DNA of 64,000 nucleotides from contig JBGANV010000003.1 of the NCBI GenBank assembly GCA_044222185.1, forward strand, positions 352,001-416,000, written 5' to 3'. Below, one piece after another: positions 27,991 to 37,138 of this stretch; position 1 is the stretch's first letter, and the number at the start of each line of letters is the position of its first letter. Source of the DNA: Planctomycetota bacterium. Its GTDB lineage: Bacteria; Planctomycetota; GCA-002687715; CAIWVZ01. The translations under genes were made by a program, and so were the position numbers. A model generated the notes under the pieces. The model did not search any database and was not told the DNA's origin. It worked only from the letters and a program-made list of their open reading frames with translations.

Positions 27991-28353
27991 TCAGCGCCGC
28001 GCCTTCTCGGCGCCGTCGTCGGGCGTGAGGATTTCCGTGACGCGGAATCCGTAGCGATCCCCCACCACGACGACCTCGCCTCGCGCGACGAGACGATCGT
28101 TCACGAAGAGGTCCACGGGCTCGCCGGCGGCGCGTTCCAGTTCGATGACCTGACCGGGCACGAGCGACACGATCTCCGAGATCTTCTTCTCCACCGTCCC
28201 GATGCTGACGGTGACCGGAACGCTCACGTCGAGAACCATGTCCAGGTTGGCGACGTCGACACCGCCGTCCCGGTCGCCAGCCGGCGCCATGTCCTGAAAA
28301 GCCGCCGGACTGACCGAGGTGGAATCGGCCGATGGAATCGCGGAGTCACTCAT
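27991..28353 (-). CDS. fliN: Flagellar motor switch protein FliN
   Basis: LDVSVPVTVSIG...GQVIELERAAGEPVDLFVNDRLVARGEVVVVGDRYGFRVTEI. Confidence 0.92.
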   Translation of the reverse strand: MSDSAIPSADSTSVSPAAFQDMAPAGDRDGGVDVANLDMVLDVSVPVTVSIGTVEKKISEIVSLVPGQVIELERAAGEPVDLFVNDRLVARGEVVVVGDRYGFRVTEILTPDDGAEKARR

Positions 28354-28359
28354 GGCACG

Positions 28360-29352
28360 TCATGTCTTCTTCGATGGCGGCGTTGGTTCGGGTTTCGGGG
28401 CCGGCTTCACTGCCGCCGGCCGCGCGACGCGGTAGGTGAAAGAGCCGTTGTGCTGTCCCAGGAAGCCCACGTACTTGGGCTTCCCTTCCACGAGCAGCTC
28501 GCAGCCCTCGTTGATCTGCCGATCGAGGACGATGACGTCGTCCTTCTGGAGGCCGACGAGGTCGCGAAGGCTGAGGTTGGCCGTACCGAGGCGCACCGCC
28601 ACTTCGACGTGCGCGCCGGCCACGTTCTTCAGCAAGTCGCGCTCGAGATTCGCGCGGTTTGGCGGGCTGACGACCGGCCGAGGCTCATGCTGGAGGTGAG
28701 GCTCCAGCCCGCCGAGCGGGATCGCGAATTGGATCGTGGCTCCGTCGGCGAATTGCCCGAGGCGATAGCGGGCCAGGAGCATGATGTCCTCGACGCGGAT
28801 GTCGCGGACGTAACGGGCGACGGCCACGGGGCGGGTCACCTGGGCCTTGAGGGTCGTGTAGGGCTGCCACGCGAAGACGTGTGCGGCGAGGATCAGGCGG
28901 ACGACGTCGTCGAGGACCGCGATCTCCGTCGCCGAGAGCTCGCGCGGCTCACCGGTCGGCTCACCACTACCGCCGAGAAGGCGATCGATCGTGGCGTACG
29001 CGAATGCGTGGTCGATCACGAGGAACCCCGCCTCGCGAAGGGGCGAGAGCTCGATCACGTACCCGCACATGGGTTCGGACAACGAGTCGCGCACGTTGCC
29101 GAAACGCATCTGCTCCAGGCCGTCCAGGCTGACCGTCAGATCGCGGTTGAGGAGCGCCGAGAGGTCGTTCCGCAGGATGCGCGCCGCCTGCTCGTGCCGC
29201 AGTGTCACGGCCTCGAGCGACGACTTCGGCACCCGGGACGGGGTGTCGAGGTCGTAATCCGACACCTCCGCCTGCTCGCCGCCGCCGGCGCGGAACAGCT
29301 CCAGCAGCGAGTCGATCTCCGGGAGTGTCAGGTTGCGTTCGAGCGTCTGCAT
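28360..29352 (-). CDS. fliM: Flagellar motor switch protein FliM
   Basis: Start MQTLERNLTLPEIDSLL (CheY-P-binding LSQxEIDALL-like); IDRLLGG, RELSATE; C-terminal SpoA domain LRDLVGLQKDDVIVLD; directly upstream of fliN. Confidence 0.88.
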   Translation of the reverse strand: MQTLERNLTLPEIDSLLELFRAGGGEQAEVSDYDLDTPSRVPKSSLEAVTLRHEQAARILRNDLSALLNRDLTVSLDGLEQMRFGNVRDSLSEPMCGYVIELSPLREAGFLVIDHAFAYATIDRLLGGSGEPTGEPRELSATEIAVLDDVVRLILAAHVFAWQPYTTLKAQVTRPVAVARYVRDIRVEDIMLLARYRLGQFADGATIQFAIPLGGLEPHLQHEPRPVVSPPNRANLERDLLKNVAGAHVEVAVRLGTANLSLRDLVGLQKDDVIVLDRQINEGCELLVEGKPKYVGFLGQHNGSFTYRVARPAAVKPAPKPEPTPPSKKT

Positions 29353-29392
29353 CGTCTGAGAAGGAACGCGAGTTCCCGTCCCTTCGCCGGTC

Positions 29393-29420
29393 GTATCGTC
29401 TTGTTTCGCGGCGCGCCTTC
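29393..29420 (-). promoter_or_regulatory. Sigma28-like promoter upstream of fliM
   Basis: Minus strand GAAG, 16-nt spacer, GACGATAC. Confidence 0.4.
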
Positions 29421-29440
29421 TGCCCGAGCCGCCCGATCCA

Positions 29441-29459
29441 CCGTCGGATTTTGCGACGG
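29441..29459. promoter_or_regulatory. Palindromic operator/enhancer-like site upstream of fliM
   Basis: CCGTCG-N7-CGACGG; the same GTCG-N7-CGAC layout occurs upstream of fliO. Confidence 0.45.
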
Positions 29460-29569
29460 CGTCCGGAATGCGGGCACCGCGGCCGCACGGCAGGCCGCCG
29501 CCGAAGCGGACAGCGAGGGGGAATGCGGCAGCGGAGGTGGCCCTCCGTCGGACGCATCGTGAACCTCGA

Positions 29570-32221
29570 TCAAGGGTCGATCGGGCGTGCCGGCCGGACA
29601 CCGAGGTGCGACTGTTTGTAAGTCGGGTCGCTGTGATCGCGGTAGGAGGAGCGCGCGGGCGTGGATCGCGTGAAGTAGCTGCCTCCGCGGAACACCCGGT
29701 ATGCCGGCGCGTCGCCTGCATCCCGAAGGCCGTCGGCGCGACGCCAGACATCGAGCGCGTATCCCTCGATGAAGCCATCCAGGCACCACTCGGCCACGTT
29801 GCCGTGTACGTCATGCAGGCCGAAGGCATTCGCCGCCAGGCTGCCAACCGGCGCGTGGACGAACCATCCATCGTCCCACGGCTCGAAGCTCCATCCCTCG
29901 TTCTTCGATCGCGCGTAGAGGTCCTGAAGGTTGGCCGCCATCGCCAACCGCTCCGGAGCCTGCCCTGGCCACCACGGCGTGGTCGTCCCGGCGCGGCACG
30001 CGTATTCCCACTGCGCTTCCGTGGGCAAGATCAAACCCAGGCGCGGAAGGCACCCGCGATCGCCCTGGCAGTCGTTCCAGGAAACGAGCTCGACCGGATG
30101 ACGCAGGTCCGCCTTCGACCCCTCGAACTCGACGCGGCACGAGTACATCGCCGGATTCGATCCGGTCGCGCGCAGCCACTGCGCCTGGGTCATCTCGTAT
30201 TTCGAGAGGAAGAACGGAGCGACTGTGACGGTTCGCACAGGACCCTCGTACGAGTCGGCACGGCGGTCACGGTTCGGGCCGTCCTCCGGCTCATCCGGTG
30301 AGGGGGGCTGGGCCCCGATCTGGAACTTCCCTCCGGGGATCAGGACGAAGACGAGGCCCGTGTCCTCCGTGATGATCAGGCGACCGTCGCCGTCGCGCGC
30401 CGGGATCGGGTCGGTTCCAGCCGCCGCCGTCGCGAGGTGGACGAATTCCCAAAGGTGCGAGTGGGGATCGGGGCCGATGGGGATGAGCCCGAGTTGGTAG
30501 CTCAGCCGGAATCCGCCGTACGGGCCCGAGGGTGATTCGGTTGCTGCTTGCGCGCTCTCCCACCGGCTCAGGTACCGACCCCAGGTAGCGCCCTCGACGG
30601 TCTCCGCGAAAGCCAACCGCGCTCGAATCGACGTAGGGGGGCCACGGCCTTCACGCGAATTGACGAGCGCTCGGATGTCACCAACCAGTTGAACCTGCGC
30701 GTTGTACTCGGACTGAAGGTCGGGGTCGCCGAACTTGACCTCGAAAGTACCCCCATCGACCGAGCCCCGTCGTCGCACCGGGACGACCTGGCCCCGCATC
30801 GCAAGCGAGCGCAGCGCCTCCTCATGCTCGGGAAGTCGGGCCACGACCTCATCCGCCCGGCGAATCCACGCACGCAGCGCCGGCACCATCTCTGGACCCG
30901 GAGGAAACAACGTCTCGGCCTCGAGTCGAAGTTGTGCGATGCGGCTCACGTCGCGCTCGCACTCGTACTTGACGAGCGTTCGGTAAAGGTGGATCAAGGA
31001 AGCCACTGAGAGAATCAGCAACAACGACCCCACTCCGATCGCCGCACCCAGTGCCGGGTTTCGCCGGAGCCATCGCACGAACCTGCCAAAGGTCCCCGTA
31101 CGCCGCGCAAGCACCGGCTCCCCGTGGCGCAGGCGCCGAAGGTCCTCGGCGAACGCTTCCGCCGTCGCGTAGCGCCGATCGAGGTCTTTCGAGAGTGCCG
31201 TCGACAGGACGACCTGAAGGTCGCGCGAGCACCGCTGCCGCGAGCGCGCCGGATCGAACGGCTCTCTCTCGAGGATTGCGTGGTACGTCGCGTGGCGCGT
31301 CGGGCCATCGAATGGCCGCTCCAGCCACAACGCCTCGAAGAGCGTGACCCCAAGTGCCCAGATGTCCGCCCGGCGATCGTGGCGTCCAGCCCCACCGCGA
31401 AGCCATTCCGGCGCGATGTAATTCGGCGTCCCCACCAGATCACCCGTCAGGGTCAGGCTCGGGGCCGTCGACTCCACCTCCTTTGCGAGGCCGAAGTCGA
31501 GCACGACGACGGCGTCGTCCGGCGTGATCATGATGTTGCCCGGCTTCACGTCACGGTGGATTACACCGGCTTCATGCGCGGCGTGCACGGCGCGGGCGGC
31601 GTCCTCCACGATCCGGAGCGCTCGCGCGACGCCTGGGTCCTTGATGGAGAGTGCCCGCTGTGGCGCGGGTGCCCCCAGCGATCCCGGCGACGACTCCGCT
31701 CGACGCTTCCGCTCGCGGGCCACCTCGTCCGCCAGCGTTCTCCCCTCGACGAGTTTCATCGCGACGTAGGAGCAATTGCCGTCCGATCCCACGTCGTAGA
31801 TCGGACAGATCCCTGGATGATCGAGGCGCGCCGTCAAGAGGGCCTCGCGTCCAAGGCGTGCGACGTCGGCGCCGATCCCGGCCCGATCCGCCGTGAGCAC
31901 CTTCAGTGCGATGACGCGATCGAGCCACGTATCGCGCGCCCGAAACACCGTGCCCTGTCCGCCCCGCCCGAGTTCGTCGATCAGGACATAAGGACCGACG
32001 CTCGTCCCGCTTCGTGGCACCGGAATGCGGGAATCCATCGGCGTCGCACGGGCTGCCTCGGAGAGGAGAAGAGCGAACTCTTCGGCGACGACATCGGTGA
32101 ACCGTGAATGTCGGGCCTGATAGTCCTCGAGGCGTCGGAGGCGACCGTCGTGGAGGTCGCGCGCCATGGCCATCCCCACGTCGATTCGCAGGTGCTCTCG
32201 TGCAAGCGGCGACAGGCTCAC
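29570..32221 (-). CDS. Ser/Thr protein kinase with TM helix and C-terminal FGE-sulfatase (SUMF1-like) domain
   Basis: LGRGGQGTV, ALKVL, HRDVKPGN, LDFG, GTPNYIAPE, ADIWALG; TM AAIGVGSLLLILSV; FGE motifs YEMTQAQW, PVELVSW, LPTEAQWEYACRAG, NAFGLHDVHGNVAEWC, RGGS. Confidence 0.92.
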   Translation of the reverse strand: MSLSPLAREHLRIDVGMAMARDLHDGRLRRLEDYQARHSRFTDVVAEEFALLLSEAARATPMDSRIPVPRSGTSVGPYVLIDELGRGGQGTVFRARDTWLDRVIALKVLTADRAGIGADVARLGREALLTARLDHPGICPIYDVGSDGNCSYVAMKLVEGRTLADEVARERKRRAESSPGSLGAPAPQRALSIKDPGVARALRIVEDAARAVHAAHEAGVIHRDVKPGNIMITPDDAVVVLDFGLAKEVESTAPSLTLTGDLVGTPNYIAPEWLRGGAGRHDRRADIWALGVTLFEALWLERPFDGPTRHATYHAILEREPFDPARSRQRCSRDLQVVLSTALSKDLDRRYATAEAFAEDLRRLRHGEPVLARRTGTFGRFVRWLRRNPALGAAIGVGSLLLILSVASLIHLYRTLVKYECERDVSRIAQLRLEAETLFPPGPEMVPALRAWIRRADEVVARLPEHEEALRSLAMRGQVVPVRRRGSVDGGTFEVKFGDPDLQSEYNAQVQLVGDIRALVNSREGRGPPTSIRARLAFAETVEGATWGRYLSRWESAQAATESPSGPYGGFRLSYQLGLIPIGPDPHSHLWEFVHLATAAAGTDPIPARDGDGRLIITEDTGLVFVLIPGGKFQIGAQPPSPDEPEDGPNRDRRADSYEGPVRTVTVAPFFLSKYEMTQAQWLRATGSNPAMYSCRVEFEGSKADLRHPVELVSWNDCQGDRGCLPRLGLILPTEAQWEYACRAGTTTPWWPGQAPERLAMAANLQDLYARSKNEGWSFEPWDDGWFVHAPVGSLAANAFGLHDVHGNVAEWCLDGFIEGYALDVWRRADGLRDAGDAPAYRVFRGGSYFTRSTPARSSYRDHSDPTYKQSHLGVRPARPIDP

Positions 32222-32847
32222 GCCGACGTCTCCGCCGCACCGTCACTCTCGAACAGCTCGGACAGGTCCGTGCCGACGTGATGACGCAATTGGGTGGACA
32301 GCCGGCTCCAGCGCTTGCGTGCAGCGGCCTCCGTGATCCCCAGCAGCTCCGCGGTCTCGCGATGTGGCAGGCCTTCGAGCTGGCAACCCACGATTGCCCG
32401 ATCGGCGTCGTCGAGTCGCCGAACGATCTCGACGAGCCGCGTGACGACCTCGTCCCGCGCCGCGCGTCGGCTGATCGATGTCACGGCATCGGGGACGTCG
32501 GATGGGACGTCCTTCGCCCGCGCATCCGGCCGCCGATAGCGGCGGCGGACCTGCCCCAGAAGGACGTTCCGTGAGATCCCAAAGATCCACGCCCGGAACG
32601 AGCCCTTCTCGCGCTCGAAGCGATTCAGATCCTCGAGGGCCGCGCGCCAGACTTCCTGCATGAGGTCCTCGGCTTCGATACCGAGCCCGGACCCGCCACC
32701 CGCAGTCACCCGCACTGACACCCACGCCGCCACGGCCGGCGCGATGCGCGAGTAGAGCTCGGTGAACCGGCTTGCGTCGCCCTGCTGGATCTCCCTGACG
32801 ATCCGTGACGTGATGTGGCCGTCATGGTGCGGCGAATGCTCGCTCAT
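32218..32847 (-). CDS. ECF sigma factor
   Basis: GGAGG RBS; GDASRFTELY, EAEDLMQEVW, SFRAWIFGISRN, EGLPHRETAELLG; stop overlaps the kinase ATG (ATGA). Confidence 0.88.
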   Translation of the reverse strand: MSEHSPHHDGHITSRIVREIQQGDASRFTELYSRIAPAVAAWVSVRVTAGGGSGLGIEAEDLMQEVWRAALEDLNRFEREKGSFRAWIFGISRNVLLGQVRRRYRRPDARAKDVPSDVPDAVTSISRRAARDEVVTRLVEIVRRLDDADRAIVGCQLEGLPHRETAELLGITEAAARKRWSRLSTQLRHHVGTDLSELFESDGAAETSA

Positions 32848-33029
32848 GGCCGTTCCTCCGGATCCGGCCACTCCATACATCCGCGACCGAAAGCTGGCGC
32901 GGATCCTACCCGCTCCCTGCATTTCGTGAAGTGTCGGTCACATCGGGGCGCGATCGGCAAAGGACGTTCGCGGGGAAATCGGACTGGTTCCAGCTCACCC
33001 CCGTCGCACCTCACCACACGGAGATCACC

Positions 33030-34352
33030 ATGACGACCGATCGAGCCATACTGAATCACGCTTCCCACGCCTTTGCGGCGTCGCATCACCGTTTCGCGCG
33101 GATATTCATCATCGCGGCCGCGATATCGGCCGTGGGACGATGCCAGACGTGTCCGACGGCATTCTCGTACTTCGAAGGGTTCAACGTGTCGGGCACAGGA
33201 GCGTTTCCGCTCGTCGCGGGGCCGCAGTACTTCGGGCTCTTCTGCAACCCCCTCGGATGCCCTTCGCCGCCGCCCGGACTGCCGTGTCCACAGTTCACCG
33301 TGAGCGGCGGCGTGCTGCAGCAGCGGAGTTTTGGTCTTCAGGGCGAGCACCTCTATGTAACGCTGACGGCTCTTTCGAACGGCGTGCTCGGCAGCGGCTC
33401 CCTGATCCCCACTCCGTCCCAGATCCCCACGGTGACACCCAACCCGGCAACCGGCGTCGGTACGCGTTGGTTCTTCGAGGCCCGCCTGCGCGTGATCCAG
33501 ATCTCCGGCGTCGGCGTCGTGTTCGAGGCGCGCGATGGCGATGGCCAGATCGACTACATCGCGACGATCAGCGCCGACACGTCCGGATGCGGTCTCGGAG
33601 GGCTCACGGGCCGCGTCGCCATCGGAGCCGGCTCGGCCCCTGCCGCGTCGGCGTGCCTTCAGCACATCGACCAGTTCCACGTCTACACGATGGAAGGAGA
33701 CTCCAGCACGGGACTGACGCATCTTTGGATCGACGGAACACTCTCGCTTTCCGCCGTGCTGCCCATCAGCTCCCCGCCCGCACCGCCCACCACCGCCCGT
33801 GGCTTCGCATTTGGTGACAACGGCTGCGACGCCACCACGGGCTCCGCCGACGCCGACTGGGACTACATCTGGATCGGCCAGGGATCGGCCGCGCCGCTCG
33901 GGCTCGGTCAACCGAACAGCGCGGAATCGCGGCTCCAGATCAACGATGCCGGCGGCGGCGTCGCGGCCGGCCCGGTCTGCCTGGACGTCTTCGGATCGAC
34001 GCCACTGACGATGCGCTGGGCCGGTCCGCCGTCCGCACACGTGATTCTCGCGACCAGCGGTGGCCCGATGGCAGGACAGCCGACCGGCAGTTGCCGCGGC
34101 CTCGTCGACCTGAATCTCCTAGGCGCGTCGATCGTGGTGAACTCGGCAGCTGGAGGCTACCCCAACGTCCTCTTCCAACTCGATGGAACGGGATTCGGCC
34201 AACAGTCGTTCTCGCTTCCGTTCCCGCCGAACACTCCGATCTTCCTCCAAGGTGCCGTGCTGCAGCCACCGCCGCCACCATCTGGATCGAACCTGGGGCC
34301 ATGCGCTGGCAACTACGTCCTGACGTCCGCGTTCTACATCACGAAACACTGA
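33030..34352 (+). CDS. Secreted protein with lectin/LamG-like beta-sandwich and C-terminal domain
   Basis: GGAG RBS; hydrophobic signal RIFIIAAAISAVG; FEARLRV, FHVYTM, LWIDG, FAFGD, WDYIWI beta-sandwich pattern. Confidence 0.7.
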   Translation: MTTDRAILNHASHAFAASHHRFARIFIIAAAISAVGRCQTCPTAFSYFEGFNVSGTGAFPLVAGPQYFGLFCNPLGCPSPPPGLPCPQFTVSGGVLQQRSFGLQGEHLYVTLTALSNGVLGSGSLIPTPSQIPTVTPNPATGVGTRWFFEARLRVIQISGVGVVFEARDGDGQIDYIATISADTSGCGLGGLTGRVAIGAGSAPAASACLQHIDQFHVYTMEGDSSTGLTHLWIDGTLSLSAVLPISSPPAPPTTARGFAFGDNGCDATTGSADADWDYIWIGQGSAAPLGLGQPNSAESRLQINDAGGGVAAGPVCLDVFGSTPLTMRWAGPPSAHVILATSGGPMAGQPTGSCRGLVDLNLLGASIVVNSAAGGYPNVLFQLDGTGFGQQSFSLPFPPNTPIFLQGAVLQPPPPPSGSNLGPCAGNYVLTSAFYITKH

Positions 34353-34370
34353 CCGCCTACGCGGCGGTCA
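34350..34370 (+). terminator. Hairpin at the end of the secreted protein gene
   Basis: TGACCGCC-TACGC-GGCGGTCA (no U tract). Confidence 0.35.
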
Positions 34371-34771
34371 TCTCGCGGGCGCGCGCCGGCAGAGACTCGC
34401 CCCGTCCCCACACTCGCGCCTGCGAATCCGATTTGAGTGATCGCCGGCGGTCTCGACCTGCCAGCGCTCCTCGTCGCGAAACCAACACGACGGGCGTGCG
34501 CGAACTCCTACCGCGCGGAGCGTCGAGGCGCGGCCGCCGTGCTCAGCCGGCTGCCCGGAGCGTCCGTCGTGGACGTCGTCACACGATGCCGTCGACTCCT
34601 TCATGTGCGACGGGCAGCACCGATGGCGCGTCGGGCAATTCGACGACTCCGGGGGCCACTTGCCGACTATCGCGGCGGCGGCTCGAAGCTGGCCGCGGCG
34701 TGGTCGCCCGCGCCTTTGGGACGGCGCACGGAGCCCTGCCGTCCGGCCGCGTGAAGCGCCGCGCCCCCCCG

Positions 34772-35584
34772 CTACGCCATCACCCCGCAGTCGATGTTCA
34801 TCGCCTGCCCGGTGATGCCGGCGGCGAGAGGCGACACGAGGTAGCGCACGTAACCGGCGACTTCGTCCGGCTCGAGCGCGCGGCCGAGCGGGACGTTCTC
34901 CATCATCCGACGCTGGGCCTCGCGGACGTCGCATCCCATCTGCGTCGCGAGGCGAGAGAAACTGGCCTCGGACATCTCCGTCGTCACCCAGCCCGGGCAG
35001 ACGGCGTTCACGGTGATCCGCTCTCGGGCAAGATCGCGGGAGAGCGCACGGGTGAACCCGACCAGGCCGGCCTTGGAGGCGCAGTAGCCGTGGTACTCGG
35101 GGATCCCGAATCGAGCGAGAACCGACCCGATCATCACGATGCGGCCGCTGCCGTCGCGAGGGATGCTGGGGAGCAGCCGCCGCGTGAGCCGCATGGGCGC
35201 CGTGAGATTCACGGCCATCTGCCGATCGAAGGTGGCGAGGTCCGGGTCCGTCAGCGGCGACGGTCCGCCGATGGCCGCGTTGTGGACGAGAACCGTCAGG
35301 GGCTTGTCGCCCTGGGCGGCCCAATCAGCGAGCGCATCGGTCGCCGCACGGTCCGAGAGGTCGGCGGAATAGAGCGCAGCGAGGCCGCCAGCACTCTCGA
35401 TCTCGTGCGCCGTGCCCTGAAGCAGCTCGAGACGGCGCCCGGTGATCAGGACCTGGAATCCGTCACGCGCGAGCCCGACGGCGATTGCGCGGCCGATCCC
35501 CGTACCAGCTCCCGTCACGAGTGCGGTCGGACGGGGCGCTTTGGACTTCTCATCGGCCTTCGAGGCGGACTTCGGCTTCGTCAC
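34772..35584 (-). CDS. Short-chain dehydrogenase/reductase
   Basis: TGAGTGIG, HNAA, YCASK, NAVCPG. Confidence 0.9.
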   Translation of the reverse strand: MTKPKSASKADEKSKAPRPTALVTGAGTGIGRAIAVGLARDGFQVLITGRRLELLQGTAHEIESAGGLAALYSADLSDRAATDALADWAAQGDKPLTVLVHNAAIGGPSPLTDPDLATFDRQMAVNLTAPMRLTRRLLPSIPRDGSGRIVMIGSVLARFGIPEYHGYCASKAGLVGFTRALSRDLARERITVNAVCPGWVTTEMSEASFSRLATQMGCDVREAQRRMMENVPLGRALEPDEVAGYVRYLVSPLAAGITGQAMNIDCGVMA

Positions 35585-35648
35585 GGCGCAGGAGTTTGGG
35601 ATGGGTGACCAAAAGAGACAAGCCCGCGGTCCTGAAGGTGCAGGAAGT

Positions 35649-35676
35649 CAAAGCGCGACGCTCGGCCGGTCGATGC
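35649..35676 (+). promoter_or_regulatory. Sigma28-like promoter upstream of the small Cys protein
   Basis: CAAAG, 15-nt spacer, GTCGATGC. Confidence 0.4.
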
Positions 35677-35698
35677 AGGAGCGAGAGGTCTGCCCGCC

Positions 35699-35893
35699 AT
35701 GGAAGACTGCGCAAAACCGAGGGACGCCCGCCCGCACATCGGCGTGATGTTCGACTGCTGCCAGGTCTACGTCCGGATCTATCGAAGGCCGGATCAACCC
35801 GCCTACCTCGCGCGGTGCCCGAGGTGTCTGCGCTCGGTGCGCGTCGAAGTCGCCGAGGGGGGCGAGGACGCGCAGTTCATCCGGGTGTCGTGA
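35699..35893 (+). CDS. Small Cys-rich, putative Zn-binding protein
   Basis: 64 aa with FDCC...CPRC; beta-strand pattern; AGGAG/GAGG upstream. Confidence 0.65.
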   Translation: MEDCAKPRDARPHIGVMFDCCQVYVRIYRRPDQPAYLARCPRCLRSVRVEVAEGGEDAQFIRVS

Positions 35894-35904
35894 ACCGCGG
35901 CTCC

Positions 35905-35984
35905 TGTCGCGGAATCCGACGGTCGCCCCTGCCGGCTTCCCCGCCACCAGCGTCCAGGAATCCGACACCGTCGGAGAAATCGCC
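35905..35984. promoter_or_regulatory. Clustered enhancer-like sites upstream of the sigma54 promoter
   Basis: TGTCG-CGGAATC-CGACGG (35905-22), GTCC-AGGAATC-CGAC (35952-66), GTCG-GAGAAAT-CGCC (35970-84); direct repeat GGAATCCGAC at 35911 and 35957. Confidence 0.5.
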
Positions 35985-36019
35985 GCGAAAACGCCGGCCA
36001 GGCGCACGCTTCACCGCCG

Positions 36020-36035
36020 TGGCATGAGCGTTGCA
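36020..36035 (+). promoter_or_regulatory. Sigma54 (-24/-12) promoter of the fliO operon
   Basis: TGGCATG-AGCG-TTGCA matches TGGCAYG-N4-TTGCW. Confidence 0.75.
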
Positions 36036-36049
36036 ACGGAGATGCGGCC

Positions 36050-37138
36050 ATGAGCCCCGTTTCCGGTCGTGTGTCTAACCCGAGCCTTGCCGCGATGCTC
36101 CGCCGTCCCGCGGTGAAACCGTTGGTCGTGAGCGGTCTCCTCGCCGTCGGCTGCCTTGGCGTCTTCTGGATTGCCGACCGCATCGGAGCCTCGGTGACAC
36201 CGAAGCACCCACCGGCGACCCGCGACGTCGCCTCCTCCGAGGATTCGTCGACCCCACCGCGAGCCGCGAAGAACGACGAAACCCGCTCGGCGAGCCTCCT
36301 CGATGGCACGCCCGAGATCTCCGGCGGCCGGTCGAAGAAGTCGGCGCTCGACGCGGGCCACGCGTCCGTCGACTCCGGCGCCGGCGCGCAGAAGGCGTTC
36401 GGCAAGACCGCGTCCGACCGTGGCGCGGCATCCCAGCAATCACTCACCTCCGACGGGTCGCGATCCACGCTGAACCTGGCGGTCACCATGATCGCGTTGC
36501 TCGGAGCGTTGATCGCCGTCTTCGTCGTCCTGCGCCGCATGATGAGGAACTCGCGGATGGCGCCATCCGGCAAGAAGACTCTCGTCATTCGCGACGCGCT
36601 GTCGCTCGGCCCGAAACGCTCCGTTTACGTGATCAAGGTGGACAACCGCTCGCTCGTCGTCGGCTTGAGCGGCGATCAAATGACGCTGCTGAGCGAGTTC
36701 TCCGACGACTCCGAGGCGCCGTCTGCGGCCGCAGAGCCGGCTGCCGAGCCGTCCGAGGACGCCGAGGCGGCACGCCCGGCGCCGGGCGCGCTCGCAGCCG
36801 TGTACGCGAGCCTCGCCGCCGAGACGGTCGACGTCATCGAAACGGAGAACCAGGACGTCGAGCCCGACCCCGTCGAAGAACCTCCGCCTCCCCCGCCGCG
36901 GCAGAAGGCTCCGAGCGCACCCGAGCGCGCCCAACCCACCGCGCCCGTCGCGGCGTCACGGCCCCTCACCCAATCGGAACCGACGCCGCCCTCGCGTTCC
37001 CAGGCCCGCGCCTTCCCCTTCGACTACGTCTCGCCCGAAGACGCGCGCGCATCCAAGCGCCGCGTCGAGCGCGTTCCGCCGAAGTTCCGCCACCTTCTCG
37101 AGAAGGCTGCCGCCGCATCGAACGGGGGTCGGAAGTGA
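36050..37138 (+). CDS. fliO: FliO-domain flagellar biosynthesis protein with long low-complexity extensions
   Basis: TM helix then LVIRDALSLGPKRSVYVIKVDNRSLVVGLSGDQMTLLSEF; precedes fliP. Real start may be ATG 36095. Confidence 0.8.
   Translation: MSPVSGRVSNPSLAAMLRRPAVKPLVVSGLLAVGCLGVFWIADRIGASVTPKHPPATRDVASSEDSSTPPRAAKNDETRSASLLDGTPEISGGRSKKSALDAGHASVDSGAGAQKAFGKTASDRGAASQQSLTSDGSRSTLNLAVTMIALLGALIAVFVVLRRMMRNSRMAPSGKKTLVIRDALSLGPKRSVYVIKVDNRSLVVGLSGDQMTLLSEFSDDSEAPSAAAEPAAEPSEDAEAARPAPGALAAVYASLAAETVDVIETENQDVEPDPVEEPPPPPPRQKAPSAPERAQPTAPVAASRPLTQSEPTPPSRSQARAFPFDYVSPEDARASKRRVERVPPKFRHLLEKAAAASNGGRK

Noticed and set aside
29362-29377. Degenerate sigma54-like site upstream of fliM (minus strand GGGAACTCGCGTTCCT)
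   Set aside because: The -12 dinucleotide is CC rather than GC, too weak to list as a feature.
34371-34771. 400-bp gap between convergent genes with short ORFs (34437-34754, 34603-34815)
   Set aside because: There is no convincing protein composition, repeat or RNA motif. The same applies to 53203-53614.
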